Assembly: GCA_964441235.1 (NCBI GenBank)
Contig: CAYTUQ010000002.1
Coordinates: 1,705 to 65,704 of the forward strand
Length of the DNA: 64,000 nt
Reading direction: 5' to 3'
DNA from: an uncultured bacterium
Lineage (GTDB): Bacteria; Fidelibacterota; UBA2242
Of this stretch, positions 51,722 to 61,312 are shown one piece after another. The translations under genes and the position numbers were made by a program. Positions within the stretch are counted from its first letter, which is position 1; each line of letters begins with the position of its first letter. The notes under the pieces were generated by a model. That model made no database searches. It was given only the letters and a program-made list of their open reading frames with translations, and had not been told where the DNA came from.

Positions 51722-53944
51722 ATGGGATATGTAGGGAAAAGTATAAATAGAGTTGATGCACCTGACAAGATTCGAGGGAAAGCGAAGTACATTGATGATT
51801 TAACTTTTCCGTATATGTTATTTGGGATAACCGTTCGTTCTACGAGGCAGCGTGCTCACATTGTTGACATAAAAATACCCGAATTGCCCAAAGATGTTTT
51901 TACTTTCACTGCTGATGAAATTCCCGGTGATAACTATGTAGCACTATTTAAAGAAGACCAACCGTTTTTAGCATGTGGTATTGTACAGTATATAGGTGAG
52001 CCTGTACTTTTGCTTGCAGGTCCCGATAAAAATATACTCCGTGAAGTTGAAGACAAAATTAAGATAAATTACGAGGATATTCCAGCGATCAATACTATTG
52101 AAGAAGCGCTGTCCGGCAAATTTCTTCCAATTTATGGCGAAGAAAATATTTACAAAAAGTATGGCTACGTAAAAGGTGATCCCAATTCCATTTTCAAGGA
52201 GAAAGAAAAAAGTAAAAAGTATAAAATATTTTGTGGCACTTATAAAACTGGTTACCAGGAACATGTCTATATGGAAACACAGGGCATGATAGCAATGCCG
52301 TATGGAAGTGGTGTAAAAATCTTGGGTTCTATGCAATGTCCTTTTTATATCAATAGGGCTCTGGCAATTGGATTGGGACTTAAGCCTGACGATGTTGTAA
52401 TAGAGCAGGTTTGTACCGGGGGCGCATTTGGTGGGAAGGAAGAATTTCCCTCGTTAATAGCGGGTCATGCTGCATTTCTTGCCTTAAAAACCGGAAAACC
52501 GGTCAAAATGGTCTATGATCGCCAGGAAGACCTTTTAGTTACTACCAAACGTCACCCTTCAAAAACAGCTCAAAGAATTGCATTTGATTCTGATAATAGA
52601 ATTGTAGCCCTGGACACTGATTTCACTCTTGATGGAGGAGCACACAGCACTTTATCAGAAGTAGTATTAGCACGAGGAGCGCTGGCCGCAACAGGAGTTT
52701 ATCGCTGTAAGAACTCTAAACTATCGAGTCGGGTGGTCAGTACAAATAATGTTCCCTCCGGTGCATTTAGAGGTTTTGGTGCACCGCAAGCTTTTTTCGC
52801 CATTGAACAATCAATCAACCATTCAGCATATAGACTGGGGGTAAATCCTTACGACCTGCGAAAAATTAATATATTAAGAAAAGGTGACATCTCAACAACA
52901 GGACAATTGCTAAGCGAGTCTATTGGTTTGGAGAGAGTTTTAGATGCAGTTGAAAAGGCAACTGATTTTAAAAGAAAGTATAAATCTTATAAAAATAGAG
53001 AACCTGATGATAAACCGTTAAAAGGGATAGGTATTTCCTCATTTTTCCATGGAATCGGATTTACAGGCAAGGGAGAAGAAATTATAAAAGCAACGGCTAC
53101 GGTTGAATATTCAATAAAGTACGGCGCCGTTATCAAAATTGGCACAGTGGAAATGGGGCAGGGAATGAATACAGTCATAAGGCAAATCGGAGCAGATTCT
53201 TTACATCTTCCGATTTCTGAAGTTCATATCTCTGCACCCGATACTTCAAGGGTTCCCAATTCAGGTCCAACAGTTGCATCAAGAACGACAACAATTGTAG
53301 GTGGATTGGTTTATCAGTGCTGTATGGAATTGAGAGAAAAAGTTAATGCAAAAGATTTTTCCAGAGATTTTTCCTTTTTGGCGAAAGAGAATTTACGTAA
53401 GGAAGAAGTTATTTCATCTACGAAAAGTTATAAAATTCCGAAGGATGTTCACTGGGACGATGATAATTTTATTGGAAGTGCATATCCTACTTATTCATGG
53501 GCAGCGGCAGTTGTAGAAGTCGAAGTTGATCCGACAACTTTTGAGGTTTCCGTAGAGAAAATTACAGCGGCACATGACATTGGAAAAGCAATTAATCCGA
53601 TTTTAGTAGAAGGACAGATAGAAGGCGGCTCAGTTCAGGGACTGGGTTACGCTTCGATGGAAGTGATGACGATAACTAATGGTAAAATTAATAATCCTAA
53701 TTTGACTGATTATATAATTCCTACATCACTTGATACTCCGGAGATTGATTCAATTATTGTAGAAGAAAGATACCCTCGCGGTCCATTTGGTGCGAAAGGC
53801 GTCGGCGAGCAGCCTCTGGTTGGAGTTCCACCTGCTTATATCGGAGCGGTGGAAAATGCACTTGGCGTGGAATTTTATAAAATACCATTAACGCCAGAAA
53901 AAATCTATAATAAATTAAAAGATACTAACCGCAGAGGACGCTGA
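51722..53944 (+). CDS. xanthine dehydrogenase family molybdopterin-binding subunit
   Basis: a/b hammerhead followed by the MoCo-binding domain (GGAFGGKE, ...FRGFGAPQ..., the ...ENPILVEGQ... equivalent, and a C-terminal GVGE motif). Confidence 0.8.
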   Translation: MGYVGKSINRVDAPDKIRGKAKYIDDLTFPYMLFGITVRSTRQRAHIVDIKIPELPKDVFTFTADEIPGDNYVALFKEDQPFLACGIVQYIGEPVLLLAGPDKNILREVEDKIKINYEDIPAINTIEEALSGKFLPIYGEENIYKKYGYVKGDPNSIFKEKEKSKKYKIFCGTYKTGYQEHVYMETQGMIAMPYGSGVKILGSMQCPFYINRALAIGLGLKPDDVVIEQVCTGGAFGGKEEFPSLIAGHAAFLALKTGKPVKMVYDRQEDLLVTTKRHPSKTAQRIAFDSDNRIVALDTDFTLDGGAHSTLSEVVLARGALAATGVYRCKNSKLSSRVVSTNNVPSGAFRGFGAPQAFFAIEQSINHSAYRLGVNPYDLRKINILRKGDISTTGQLLSESIGLERVLDAVEKATDFKRKYKSYKNREPDDKPLKGIGISSFFHGIGFTGKGEEIIKATATVEYSIKYGAVIKIGTVEMGQGMNTVIRQIGADSLHLPISEVHISAPDTSRVPNSGPTVASRTTTIVGGLVYQCCMELREKVNAKDFSRDFSFLAKENLRKEEVISSTKSYKIPKDVHWDDDNFIGSAYPTYSWAAAVVEVEVDPTTFEVSVEKITAAHDIGKAINPILVEGQIEGGSVQGLGYASMEVMTITNGKINNPNLTDYIIPTSLDTPEIDSIIVEERYPRGPFGAKGVGEQPLVGVPPAYIGAVENALGVEFYKIPLTPEKIYNKLKDTNRRGR

Positions 53945-54080
53945 GACCGCAGAGCGAGAAAATTAAAAAAATGTTTGGGAAAACGTTCATACTTTTATTG
54001 TCTATAAAGAATGCTAATCCTAATTATTGTAGAGACTCATCTATATTCTCAGCGTTCTCTGCGAACTCTGCGGTGAGAAA
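53941..54080. repeat. CGCAGAG-type inverted-repeat element
   Basis: Arms gagaccgcagagcgag and ctcagcgttctctgcgaactctgcggtgag flank an AT-rich core. Related to the 62352-62588 element. Confidence 0.4.
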
Positions 54081-54092
54081 AGTGAGGAAGTT

Positions 54093-54533
54093 TTGAAGAT
54101 TATAGTTAATGGAATTGAATATCTCCCAACCGTTTCCCCAACAATGAGGTTACTTGATTATCTAAGAAAAGAAATAAAACTAACCGGTACAAAAGAGGGC
54201 TGCGATGAAGGTGAATGTGGAGCGTGTTCTGTTCTTATAGATGGCAAATTAGTGAACTCATGTATGGTTTTATTAGGGCAGGTTGATGATAAATCGGTTA
54301 CGACGATTGAAGGTATTGACGAGCCGGAACTGTTCAGAGCATTTGAAGAAACAGGGGCGGTGCAGTGCGGATTTTGCACGCCGGGAATGATTATGGCGGC
54401 AACTGCTCTGTTGAGAAAAAATCCAAATCCATCTGTTTATGAAATTAAAGAAGCAATTTCCGGAAATCTCTGCCGCTGTACGGGATATAAGAAAATTGTG
54501 GAAGCGATTTCGAAAGTGAAACGTGAATTGTGA
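54093..54533 (+). CDS. (2Fe-2S)-binding subunit of xanthine-dehydrogenase-family enzyme
   Basis: CDEGECGACSV plant-type cluster plus the second cluster GFCTPG...CRCTGY. Confidence 0.85.
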   Translation: MKIIVNGIEYLPTVSPTMRLLDYLRKEIKLTGTKEGCDEGECGACSVLIDGKLVNSCMVLLGQVDDKSVTTIEGIDEPELFRAFEETGAVQCGFCTPGMIMAATALLRKNPNPSVYEIKEAISGNLCRCTGYKKIVEAISKVKREL

Positions 54534-54549
54534 ATCGTGAACATAAAAT

Positions 54550-54635
54550 TATCAATAGTCAATAATCAATGGTCAATAGTCAATAATCAATAGCCAATAG
54601 TCAATAATCAATGGTCAATGGTCAATAGACAATCG
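54550..54635. repeat. heptamer microsatellite ((A/G)TCAATA-like, ~12 units)
   Basis: atcaatagtcaataatcaatggtcaatagtcaataatcaatagccaatagtcaataatcaatggtcaatggtcaatagacaat, lying between the FeS and FAD subunit genes. Confidence 0.8.
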
Positions 54636-54643
54636 AGTAAGGG

Positions 54644-55465
54644 ATGTGGTACGAATCACTAAAATTTGAGAATCCGAAAACCGTAGAAGAAGCATTAAAC
54701 TGTCTGGAAACTGATGGTGCAGAAATCATTGCCGGGGGTACGGATGAACTCATTCAGATAAGAGAAAAGAAAAAATGTATAAAAAAATTAGTCAATATTG
54801 GAGATATAAAATCTCTTAAAAAGATAAAGAAAAAAGATAATACTCTAATTATTGGAGCATGTGTAACATATTCGGAGTTTCTTGAACTTGCTTCTGAAAA
54901 TTTGCCTCCATTGACAGATGCCGTAAAGCAAATTGCATCTCCCTCGATAAGAAATATTGCTACTTTTGGAGGAAATATTGTGAACGCTTCCCCTGCAGGT
55001 GATACTTTACCTGTTTTGTATGCTTTTAATGCGGAATTGGTTCTGGAGTCTTTGCAGGGCAAGAGAGTTGTAAAGATAAGCGATTTTATTGTCGGCCCAG
55101 GCAAAACAATACTGAATAATATAGAACTTCTAACCGAAATTCGGGTAAATATTCCATCCTTCACTTGTTACTATCGAAAATTCGGTCCACGTAAAGCATT
55201 AGCACTTTCGAAGGTTTCTTTTTGCGGAGTTCACCTGACTGATTACGATGAAATCCGATTGGCGTACGGCTCGGTGGGGCCTACTGTCATAAGGGCTTAT
55301 GAAGCAGAGGAATTATATAAAAAAGGTCAAAAAGACAAAATCCCAAAGTTAATAAATAAATTAGTTCAGCCAATAAATGACCAGCGCTCTACTGCGGAAT
55401 ATCGGAGATATCTGTGCGTGGAAATGACGAGGGAGTTTTTAAAAAAGTGTGAAAATTTGTCTTAA
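54644..55465 (+). CDS. FAD-binding subunit (CO dehydrogenase flavoprotein-like) of molybdo-hydroxylase
   Basis: FAD_binding_5-type motifs (AGGTDEL, ...FGGNIVNASPAGD...). Lacks the CO_deh_flav_C extension. Confidence 0.75.
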   Translation: MWYESLKFENPKTVEEALNCLETDGAEIIAGGTDELIQIREKKKCIKKLVNIGDIKSLKKIKKKDNTLIIGACVTYSEFLELASENLPPLTDAVKQIASPSIRNIATFGGNIVNASPAGDTLPVLYAFNAELVLESLQGKRVVKISDFIVGPGKTILNNIELLTEIRVNIPSFTCYYRKFGPRKALALSKVSFCGVHLTDYDEIRLAYGSVGPTVIRAYEAEELYKKGQKDKIPKLINKLVQPINDQRSTAEYRRYLCVEMTREFLKKCENLS

Positions 55466-55716
55466 ATTTTCTATTGATTGTTTCATTTTATTTGGTTACA
55501 CTAACTAATAGTATAAGTGATAAAGAGGAGAAATGAGATTTTATTACTTTAAATTTATAAATCAGAAAGATTTTGTAGATTATCCTAAATTTTCTTCAAT
55601 AATATCTAAATATGTCGAATATAGTAGAAGTCTGTATTAGGTATATGTTGTATTTATAATTTTTCAGGATTCTTTCGTGAGTAATGTTGGATTTTTAGAA
55701 ATTTATAATCGTTAAT

Positions 55717-56388
55717 ATGGAAAATAAAATGAATTTTGATGATCTTTATTTAAATAGAGTGATTTTGGAATTTAGATATGATGGAGGATTTCTATATTGG
55801 GACAAATGTGGAGAAACAATTTTAGATATTCAGAGTAATTTTCCTGAGTGGAATTGGGAAGGAATTTCAACTGAATTAGCAAGGTTGAAAAACCATACAA
55901 GAAATATGGAACTTGTGTTTAATTATAAAAATATACGCTTCATTCAAAATGAAGTCGAGAATCTGAACCAGTTCAAAGAAGCAGCAAGTAAGATTACACC
56001 AATAATTGTCAAAAGCCTTGAGATAAACAAATTCAAGCGAATAGGTAACAGATATCAGTATGTTTTTCCTCTGGAGAATCCTGAGCAGGGCAAGAAAATC
56101 ATAAGAGAGAGTTCCTTGATTAAAATACCTGAGGGAAAACTGGCCTTGTTTGGAGAGAATTCCATTAAAACTAATTTTATTGTCCACATTGAAAACGAAA
56201 ATTATCGTTACAGGATTGAACTTGTAGGCATCGAGCGAGTTGAGGTGCCAAAGAATATTAAGATTGATGAGCGGTTTAACCCCAAATATGGACTGCGTGT
56301 TGATGTAGATATTGCTACTATTAATAAAGTTAATGCTTTAGATTTTGATTGCAGTAGCTTTATTCAATCAAGCAAGAAGTTCCTGTAA
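55717..56388 (+). CDS. hypothetical protein (paralogous in architecture to 58883..59581; TIGR04255-like?)
   Basis: The N-terminal ...LNRVILEFRYD... and central ...FKRIGNRYQYVFPLE... parallel ...PVIEAVFEIRFP... and ...LNRTGLRYINHIPIE... in the second copy. Confidence 0.3.
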   Translation: MENKMNFDDLYLNRVILEFRYDGGFLYWDKCGETILDIQSNFPEWNWEGISTELARLKNHTRNMELVFNYKNIRFIQNEVENLNQFKEAASKITPIIVKSLEINKFKRIGNRYQYVFPLENPEQGKKIIRESSLIKIPEGKLALFGENSIKTNFIVHIENENYRYRIELVGIERVEVPKNIKIDERFNPKYGLRVDVDIATINKVNALDFDCSSFIQSSKKFL

Positions 56389-56418
56389 AATAATTTAATT
56401 AAATTTATCTAAGAATCA

Positions 56419-57087
56419 GTGATAAAGGAGGTAGTTCTTGTGAATAACACAACCACTGAGACAAGAATTGATGAGAGAGGTGAAGGAATCGCCAAATATG
56501 TTCTCTCAAGAGGAATGACTCAGGTTGAAACTGTAGGCACGTTCCCAAAAGAGCAATTTGCACCGTTCTATTTGCCAACAGAGGAAGAAGAAACTCATAA
56601 GGAATTAGAAGAAACAGATATGACTTTATCAACATCTCCTACAGGTGAAATTGAAAGAGAAATTATACCCACTATAAAAAGGCTAGTTGAAATCATTGAA
56701 TCTGCAATTAGTTTGCTTGATGAGGTATTGGAAGTTTATGATGATGAGATTGAAAGGATAAACACGTTTTCACTCTTTGAAGAAGAAATTAAATCTCTGT
56801 GGGAGTTACGGGAAGAGGCAAACAAGAACTTTGTAGATGTTCTCGTTCTTTTAGAAGTAGCAGCTAAAAATTCACATTATAAAAATTATCAGAAACATCA
56901 GTACCAATCTATAAAAATGGTTTTAGAAAAAATTAAGAGTATCTATATCACACCCCAGAACGCAAGAGAATGTAGAAGATTATTAATGGACAATGGGATT
57001 GACCTTTTTGCTCCTATCAGAAACTGGGAGAATTATACAGTTGAAATAAAGAAAAATAGTATCCTCTCAATAAAGCATGGTAAATAA
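56419..57087 (+). CDS. hypothetical acidic protein (partner of 55717 gene)
   Basis: Glu-rich, no recognisable motif. Separated from the 55717 gene by 30 nt. Confidence 0.25.
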   Translation: MIKEVVLVNNTTTETRIDERGEGIAKYVLSRGMTQVETVGTFPKEQFAPFYLPTEEEETHKELEETDMTLSTSPTGEIEREIIPTIKRLVEIIESAISLLDEVLEVYDDEIERINTFSLFEEEIKSLWELREEANKNFVDVLVLLEVAAKNSHYKNYQKHQYQSIKMVLEKIKSIYITPQNARECRRLLMDNGIDLFAPIRNWENYTVEIKKNSILSIKHGK

Positions 57088-57326
57088 ATTCTAAATTCTA
57101 ATATCTAAACTCTAAACAATTTTAAAATTCAAATGTTCAAATGCTCAAAATTCGGCAGATGCTGGACCGATGATTAAATGGATTCCCGTCGATACTTTTG
57201 GTCATTTTGATTTTGGGTTTTTAATTTGTTTAGTATTTCGGATTTCGTACTTCGGATTTTACCTTGTTGGAAATTTACTAATATCAAAGAAACTTACCAT
57301 AAGATATTGAGCGGATACGAAAAATA

Positions 57327-58019
57327 TTGAAACAAAATAGAAAGTTATTTTTAGAAACCACTATCCAGATAGATCGGTTCTCTGCTGACCTAGATAAAAA
57401 GGAAAGAATAGATAAGATAATTTCCCAGTTTAGCCAGATTCTAAGTTCTACTTACGTGAAGATGGAATTCAGAAGAAGGTTTATCCAGGATTTAGTTTAC
57501 CTTTACAATGAAGCCATTTGGGGTGCTGAAACTTTTGCCGATGTCTATGCTAGAATTGACAAACTACATTCTGATTTCCATAAAAGGAAAATTAAAGGGA
57601 TAGTTGCCAGTTTTTACAGATTTTTTTCAGATACCAAAGATGAAGAAATTTCAGGAACATTAGGTAAGATAATTTTAGAAAAAGTAAGACCGTATTTTAA
57701 ACAAATTATATTAGCTGCCTGGGAAAGTTTTGATTTTGGGATCAATACAATACTAAATGAGATTAATTGCTATCATGGATTGAGAGGTCCAGTTCAAAAA
57801 GGCGGGAAGTTTGATAATAGGATGAGCAAGTGTAAAAAAGCAGATATAAGATGTAAGATTCAGGAATTCTTCAATAGAAATATGGAAACTTTCAGAAAAA
57901 TATATGACAAATTTTCTCAAATGGACTGTTTGGATAGTGAACAACAAAAGATGAAGAAATTCTTGAAAAATATAATTCGCTTGAAGGGCTTGCAAATCAG
58001 CCACTTGAAAATTTATTGA
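57327..58019 (+). CDS. hypothetical protein
   Basis: ORF only. Confidence 0.25.
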   Translation: MKQNRKLFLETTIQIDRFSADLDKKERIDKIISQFSQILSSTYVKMEFRRRFIQDLVYLYNEAIWGAETFADVYARIDKLHSDFHKRKIKGIVASFYRFFSDTKDEEISGTLGKIILEKVRPYFKQIILAAWESFDFGINTILNEINCYHGLRGPVQKGGKFDNRMSKCKKADIRCKIQEFFNRNMETFRKIYDKFSQMDCLDSEQQKMKKFLKNIIRLKGLQISHLKIY

Positions 58020-58107
58020 AAATTAAAGGCATATCCGACGTGAAGATAATACGAATAGCTGCAGCTTTTGAAATAGCACTGAGACTGATAGAAAGAAAGA
58101 AGAAATA
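57941..58107 (+). pseudogene. RadC N-terminal (HhH) remnant
   Basis: The frame reads ...DEEILEKYNSLEGLANQPLENLLKIKGISDVKIIRIAAAFEIALRLIERKKK*, matching the RadC N-terminal 'LL..FGSL.GL..A..EEL..IKGIG.AKA.QL.A..ELA.R'. The JAB domain is absent. Confidence 0.4.
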
Positions 58108-58130
58108 ATTTGTCTAATAAGAAAACCAGG

Positions 58131-58536
58131 CTAACTGAAAGAGCAACAAGTTATTTTAAAAGGGATTATTACTGAGAGTGGAACATATTATTATGAAACA
58201 AATAATATAAATGAGGCATTATATTTACTATCTGTTCTAAATTCGGTAATAGTAGATAAACTTGTCAAACCACTTCAAGTGCGTGGGCTATGGGGATCCC
58301 GTCATTTTCATAAAAAAGTTCTCAAGCTGCCCATTCCGCAATTTGGTGTAAATAATACGCATCATCATAGACTAGCAGAAATTGGTAAAGAATGTAGTAA
58401 AAAAGTAGAAAAATGGTTAAAATGTGGTGGAGTGGGAAAGATTAGAAGTATTGGGAAGTTGCGGAGTATGGTGAGGGAAATGTTGAGGGGAGAGTTGGGG
58501 GAGATTGATGGGGTGGTGGAAGGGATTCTTAGATAA
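58131..58536 (+). pseudogene. remnant of a DNA methyltransferase / type IIG enzyme C-terminal TaqI_C-like target-recognition domain
   Basis: ...YYYETNNINEALYLLSVLNSVIVDKLVKPLQVRGLWGSRHFHKKVLKLPIPQF... is paralogous to 60309..60740. It fits the 'YYLLaiLNS.l..fy.k.....G......i..lPIP' pattern and is N-terminally truncated by a stop. Confidence 0.4.
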
Positions 58537-58882
58537 AAAAAAGCACAAAGGATAAAACAGAAGTTATTTGCGAAATATTATAACTCGTTTCATAATGAAT
58601 TATCAAATTGATTTTTTAATAAAGATTTAGACGAGGGAGTTTTTAAATGACTTATGCAAAATTTCTTGTTGATTTATTTATTTCATTTACTTAAAATAAT
58701 TATAGGAAAGATGTACAAGAGAAGAAATATTGCCTTATCATTTAAATCTGTTGTATTATTGGGTATTAATTTTACGATTTTTGATTACTTTTTGAACAAT
58801 TGAGTGAGGAAAGTAGTCAAGAGATTGGGAATAGAATATTAAACTTTTAATCAGAATTGGTTAAAGTAAATCTGAGGACAAA

Positions 58883-59581
58883 ATGAATACTAAATATATT
58901 GATCCTCCTGTTATAGAGGCTGTTTTCGAAATTAGATTTCCTGCAGAATTATCTATAGAATCTCAAAGAGATAAGTACTATGAAAAGATTAGAGAATATT
59001 TCCCCGATATTTCCGTTCCTAAGGTTGAAAGTCCAGAGCCTTATCCTCTAAAACCTTATCGGTTTGAAACTTCTGATAAATTAAAGATGATCCAATTTTC
59101 AATCAATAGATTTTCTTTTCATACTAAGAAGTATAATACATTTAATGAATTCAATACGGAAGTGATTAATTATATTGAATCTTTTTGCGAGCTGTATAGA
59201 ATATCAAAACTCAATAGAACAGGATTAAGATATATCAATCACATTCCTATAGAACGAGAAAATGGAGTTTTGCAAATATCTAAATATTTGAAATTTGGAT
59301 ATATTTTACCTGATATTATTCCAAGCAACTTAGAACTGTTTCAAACGGTCTTATTGTCACGAATTGAAGAGGGGAAATTAAGGATATTAATTGCTTCTCA
59401 AAATGCAATAGGTACCGGGGATGGAGAGATTATGGTGCTTGACTTTGATTTCTTTTTTGAGGGTGATCTTTCTGTAGATTTGTTAAAGAATTATTTACAA
59501 AATTCTCATATACATACTAAGAAAGTTTTTGAAAGTTTGATTAGTAAAGAATACAGAAGTATTCCAGAGAAAGGGGATTAA
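58883..59581 (+). CDS. hypothetical protein (second copy of 55717-type family; TIGR04255-like?)
   Basis: See 55717. Its stop abuts the next gene's ATG. Confidence 0.3.
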   Translation: MNTKYIDPPVIEAVFEIRFPAELSIESQRDKYYEKIREYFPDISVPKVESPEPYPLKPYRFETSDKLKMIQFSINRFSFHTKKYNTFNEFNTEVINYIESFCELYRISKLNRTGLRYINHIPIERENGVLQISKYLKFGYILPDIIPSNLELFQTVLLSRIEEGKLRILIASQNAIGTGDGEIMVLDFDFFFEGDLSVDLLKNYLQNSHIHTKKVFESLISKEYRSIPEKGD

Positions 59582-60061
59582 ATGGATGTTTCTGGTGAAA
59601 CAGTTGAAAAGTTAACTTATCACAATATGTATGATTATCCGGGTGGACAGATTGAGACTTACAAGGGATGGACAGGACCCGGCAAATTTATTGCTCAGGG
59701 AGGTTCCTATGTACCTTTAGCCTATGTTCCGATAAGGCGTGAAGTTCTAACTATGCTTTTATCAGTTGATTCCCAGGTACAAGGCATTATTGAAAAAATA
59801 AATGGCTTGGAAAATAGAGTTTCTACGTTGGAAAAAGGAATTTCATCGGTAGGGATGATTGAGATTTCTGAATCAAATCCAATTGAAGGTAATATTAGGA
59901 TAACAAAAACGGAGGCGAGGAAAAAGATATTAAAACACTTTCAGCTAAGAGGTGAGTTAGATTACTTTGACATAGTAGAAGATCTTGGTCTAGACTTGAA
60001 ATTTGTTGTTGAAATTTGTGAAGAACTAGAAAATGAGAAAGAAATAAAAGCAGTAAAATAA
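59582..60061 (+). CDS. hypothetical protein (partner of 58883 gene)
   Basis: ORF only. Translationally coupled to the upstream gene. Confidence 0.25.
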   Translation: MDVSGETVEKLTYHNMYDYPGGQIETYKGWTGPGKFIAQGGSYVPLAYVPIRREVLTMLLSVDSQVQGIIEKINGLENRVSTLEKGISSVGMIEISESNPIEGNIRITKTEARKKILKHFQLRGELDYFDIVEDLGLDLKFVVEICEELENEKEIKAVK

Positions 60062-60308
60062 TGCCAATATATTTCAAAGAGGGGGATGCAATTCAGGGTG
60101 AAAAATTAGTTTTCACTTGTAGGAAATTTAGTATCTCTAAGAAACCTGTAAAACGAACATCAGCTCATAGAGCACAGAGTGGGAAATTAGATAACGCATA
60201 TTGTGTAATAAATAAGCGTTTTAGGCACATACCAGAGAAATGAAGGTAAAAAAGTATCAATTATATGCTATTTTAAAATAAAATCATCATGTAATTTACA
60301 AATATCGA

Positions 60309-60740
60309 GTGATTTGTAATACTTCGGGGACATTTCTTACTGCTGCAACTGTTGAAAATGAACCTATAGCATTTGAGATTAACGGTCAGAAAATTATATC
60401 AAATGGATTCGTAGCTGATTATGTAACTTACTATTTCGAAACATCAAATTTTAAAGAAGCATACTATCTTAGTTCAATTCTGAACTCTCCTATCCTGAAC
60501 ATTCTGATCAAGCCTATGCAAGCACGGGGCTTATGGGGTCCTCGGGATATTCATAAAAAAGTTCTCGAGTTGCCCATTCCGCAGTTTGATGCGGAAAACT
60601 CCCAACATCGGCAATTGACTGAATTGGGCCAAGCCTGCTCTGCCAAAGTCAGGCAGTGGGTCAACAGCGGCGGTCTCGGCAATATTCGCAGCATCGGTAC
60701 GCTGCTCACACGATGGAAACGTTATACGAAACCGGTATAA
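60309..60740 (+). pseudogene. fragment: TaqI_C-like C-terminal target-recognition domain of an N6-MTase / type IIG enzyme, no catalytic domain
   Basis: ...EAYYLSSILNSPILNILIKPMQARGLWGPRDIHKKVLELPIPQFDAENSQHRQLTELGQ... No NPPY/FxGxG-bearing ORF lies upstream. Confidence 0.4.
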
Positions 60741-61312
60741 TTTAATTTTGGGTTATTTTTAAAGTAAGGAAGTGTATTATGGTTGAACAATTAAGTAAGG
60801 AAATTCTTGCTTTTGAAAGTGATCATATATGGGTACATGAGAATTTTGATGATTTGCTTAAAGATTATCAAGACCGGTGGATTGACAAATTTCAAGTTTC
60901 AATCATAGCCTCAGCCTTTGTAGTCAATGGGACAGGCAAGTTTCAAGTATCACGTTTTACGTATTAATTTATATGAAAGTAACCACGAATTACACTAATT
61001 ACACTAATTGAAACCGTTCACCCCGTTAGATACTTACTATTTTAAACAATGAATATCTATCAGGGGTTGTTATCTTACGGGGTTCATGGTTTACAGTTTA
61101 TGGTTAACGGTCTCTTAATCCCACCCCGATTTGTATAAGTTAGTTTTGAACATTAGACATTGAGATTTGTAATTTGTTTGAAATTTGATCCGCCAGCTGG
61201 TGGATTAATATTTGCAATTTGCAATTTGATATTTATTTTGTCTCAGCCTTTTTAAATTTCACGCTTCGTTGTGGTGAAAAATCATGGGTGTTATTAACAA
61301 TATGTTGCTAAT

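Noticed and set aside
58279-58536. Independent 85-aa gene
   Set aside because: Homology to the 60309 product continues ~150 bp upstream in the same frame without an ATG, up to a stop. It is a truncated remnant, not a minimal gene.
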